From Candidatus Coprovivens sp. (GTDB lineage: Bacteria > Bacillota_I > Bacilli_A > RF39 > UBA660), in NCBI GenBank assembly GCA_051892935.1, contig JBJFGS010000047.1:1-29126 (forward strand): 29,126 bases of DNA, written 5' to 3'. Positions 27,400 through 29,126 of this stretch are shown here, in pieces. Under the pieces are notes generated by a model. The model had not been told where the DNA came from and did no database searches. It saw only the letters and a list, made by a program, of their open reading frames with translations. Position numbers and translations under genes: made by a program. How positions within the stretch are numbered: the stretch's first letter is position 1; every line of letters begins with the position of its first letter.

Positions 27400-28584
27400 A
27401 TGCTAAACGAAAAAGAAATACTAGATTTCAAAGAATCTGTTACATTATTTTTATCAAGAACAATGCCAGATTTTAAAAATGAATCAGAAGTACCAGCAAT
27501 TAATGTCTTATTCCCTGAATCTGCTTTCAAACTATTTGATTATATAAAATCTCATCCATTCACCAAAAAAGATTGGTATATACCACCAATTCATCAAGAA
27601 GACATTACAAGAGCTTTACCAGAAAATAACAATAATTCATCCTTACCAACTATAGTAGTTAAACACCCCATAAAATTCTTTGAACTCTTAACTGATATAA
27701 CAAATTCTTGGATAAATCAAAAAGAAAAATACTGGGGTGGAACAAGTCCTCGCGCTACATTTATCAGAGACATAAAAAGACTATTTTTAAGAATGTCTTC
27801 AAGTGACTTAACTAATATTGAAAACTTTCTTAAACTCCAATTATCATTTTTAAAATCAACTACATTTGATGAATATATAAAGAAAAATATTATAATAGAT
27901 GAATATGAAGGCTATAAACTATATGCTTCAAAAGAAGAAAACGCATCTTGGTGTGAAACTAATGATAAAATGACTTTTTACTTAAAAGGGGATAATAATG
28001 ATTATTTTACTTTACCAAGTATATACTTTGCTACAACAGAAGAAAATAGTAAAACAATCTGTTATATTTATGCAATTCAAAACGAAAGAACACGTCATAT
28101 AGATAAAAAAATTCAAAGAAAACTATATAAAATAAACTCTGGTATAGAAAATCCTGATGTAAATCCAGGAAGTGTCTTAGTTTTAGAAACATTCATAAAA
28201 TTATTAAGAGAAAAAGGCATAGAAGACATAAGAGTTCCATCTCTTCAAATACTATCATATAGATACCATAAAATACTTAGTGAACAAACCAAGAATGATT
28301 TTAATAAAAAATACTCTGAAGAAAGATTACAAGAGATATCTAGTTTATCCGAATTAGAAAGAATTCGCTTCTTAGAAGAATATGAATGGCAAAAAATATG
28401 GTATAATCATGTAGTAGATAAACAAGATTTCATAAGTAAAACAAAAACAGAAGGACTATACAAAATATTTGCAAGAGTAGCTACTCAATATGATAGTATA
28501 GAACTACTAAATACTCCATTTATTGAAGATGAAAACTTAAATATAAGAATAACTACTATTAAAAACAATCAAAAAAGGAAGTAA
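27400..28584 (+). CDS. Hypothetical cytoplasmic protein
   Basis: 394 aa ORF with RBS AGAGGAG and TGATAAAAT upstream; ends 4 nt before the YbaK-family gene. Confidence 0.82.
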   Translation: MLNEKEILDFKESVTLFLSRTMPDFKNESEVPAINVLFPESAFKLFDYIKSHPFTKKDWYIPPIHQEDITRALPENNNNSSLPTIVVKHPIKFFELLTDITNSWINQKEKYWGGTSPRATFIRDIKRLFLRMSSSDLTNIENFLKLQLSFLKSTTFDEYIKKNIIIDEYEGYKLYASKEENASWCETNDKMTFYLKGDNNDYFTLPSIYFATTEENSKTICYIYAIQNERTRHIDKKIQRKLYKINSGIENPDVNPGSVLVLETFIKLLREKGIEDIRVPSLQILSYRYHKILSEQTKNDFNKKYSEERLQEISSLSELERIRFLEEYEWQKIWYNHVVDKQDFISKTKTEGLYKIFARVATQYDSIELLNTPFIEDENLNIRITTIKNNQKRK

Positions 28585-28588
28585 TATT

Positions 28589-29053
28589 ATGTCATTAAAC
28601 AAAGTTAAAGAATATTTTAAAAAATATAATATAGATAATAGAATAATTGAACTACCAACATCATCTGCTACTGTAAAAGAAGCAGCTGAATCACTAAATA
28701 CTGAAGAATGTCGTATAGCCAAAACACTATCATTTTTAGTTGATAGTAAACCAATTCTTATTGTAACCTCAGGTGACACTAAAATAGACAATACTAAATA
28801 CAAAAGTATCTTCCATACAAAAGCTAAAATGATTCCAGCAGAAGATGTTGAAAAACTAATTGGCCATAATATTGGAGGAGTATGTCCATTTGCTATAAAC
28901 GAAGGCATAACAGTTTACTTAGACGAATCACTAAAAAGATTTGAAACAATCTACCCAGCATGTGGTAGCTCTAATAGCGCTATTGAACTAACTATAGAAG
29001 AACTAGAAAAATACTCTAATTACACTAGTTGGATAGATGTATGTAAACAATAA
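28589..29053 (+). CDS. YbaK/EbsC family aminoacyl-tRNA deacylase
   Basis: SATVKEAA, IAKTL (conserved Lys), GHNIGGVCPF, VYLDESL and YPACGS motifs. Confidence 0.93.
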   Translation: MSLNKVKEYFKKYNIDNRIIELPTSSATVKEAAESLNTEECRIAKTLSFLVDSKPILIVTSGDTKIDNTKYKSIFHTKAKMIPAEDVEKLIGHNIGGVCPFAINEGITVYLDESLKRFETIYPACGSSNSAIELTIEELEKYSNYTSWIDVCKQ

Positions 29054-29076
29054 AAGAATATGAAAATATTCTTTTT
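29052..29076 (+). terminator. Intrinsic terminator after the YbaK-family gene
   Basis: AAAAGAATAT-gaaa-ATATTCTTTT plus T. Confidence 0.75.
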
Positions 29077-29126
29077 CAGAGTGTTGACAAACTACTTATC
29101 TCAAAAAATTAGAAAATTTAGTTTTG

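Noticed and set aside
2351-28908. Short antisense or alternate-frame ORFs in the track (e.g. 2351-2548, 3107-3373, 5305-5544, 8305-8631, 10310-10633, 11708-11971, 15928-16197, 26852-27103, 28537-28908)
   Set aside because: All overlap well-supported genes, lack recognisable motifs, and show the composition expected of reverse-strand shadows.
17205-29053. Integron-like cassette array of GNAT, kinase and hydrolase genes
   Set aside because: The intergenic hairpins share no sequence, lack attC-like ends and look like terminators; most units have their own promoters; no integrase is present.
1-29126. Mycoplasma-type recoding (TGA = Trp), CRISPR array, tRNA/rRNA or riboswitch
   Set aside because: TGA ends rsmH at its expected C-terminus and Trp is encoded by TGG. 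Intergenic spaces are short and AT-rich, with no repeat-spacer pattern or GC-rich structured RNA.

Overview
Gene-dense, very AT-rich chromosomal segment from a low-GC Firmicute. It uses the standard code (TGA stops, TGG Trp); gene content and style suggest a reduced-genome Bacilli lineage such as RF39, which is an inference. It opens with a short dcw cluster (mraZ 3' end, rsmH, ftsL, class B PBP with PASTA domains) that terminates right after the PBP. Next come a Zn-ribbon/multi-TM/SH3/thioredoxin-like membrane protein, pyk and map (minus strand), an orphan-trkA-trkH operon and a fused MacB-type ABC transporter. A four-gene surface cluster follows: a pilin-like protein with an NPxTxD sorting-like signal, a TasA/CalY-like protein, a SipW-type signal peptidase with a large membrane domain, and a DUF5305-like protein. 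The rest is a mixed accessory region: APH-like kinase, three GNATs, DUF3137-lemA, YugP-like Zn peptidase, MBL hydrolase, FlaR-like kinase and YbaK. The two best candidates for undescribed systems are (1) a self-contained operon of three diverged, catalytically intact ~300 aa cytoplasmic gluzincin-like paralogs (HExTH-x16-ExLSIFxE) at 23647-26338, and (2) the hybrid TasA/SipW plus sortase-type surface-fibre cluster at 13768-17123. No rRNA, tRNA, CRISPR array or transposase ORF was seen; a possible IS terminus sits at the far right edge. All family assignments come from motif recognition by eye, not database searches.
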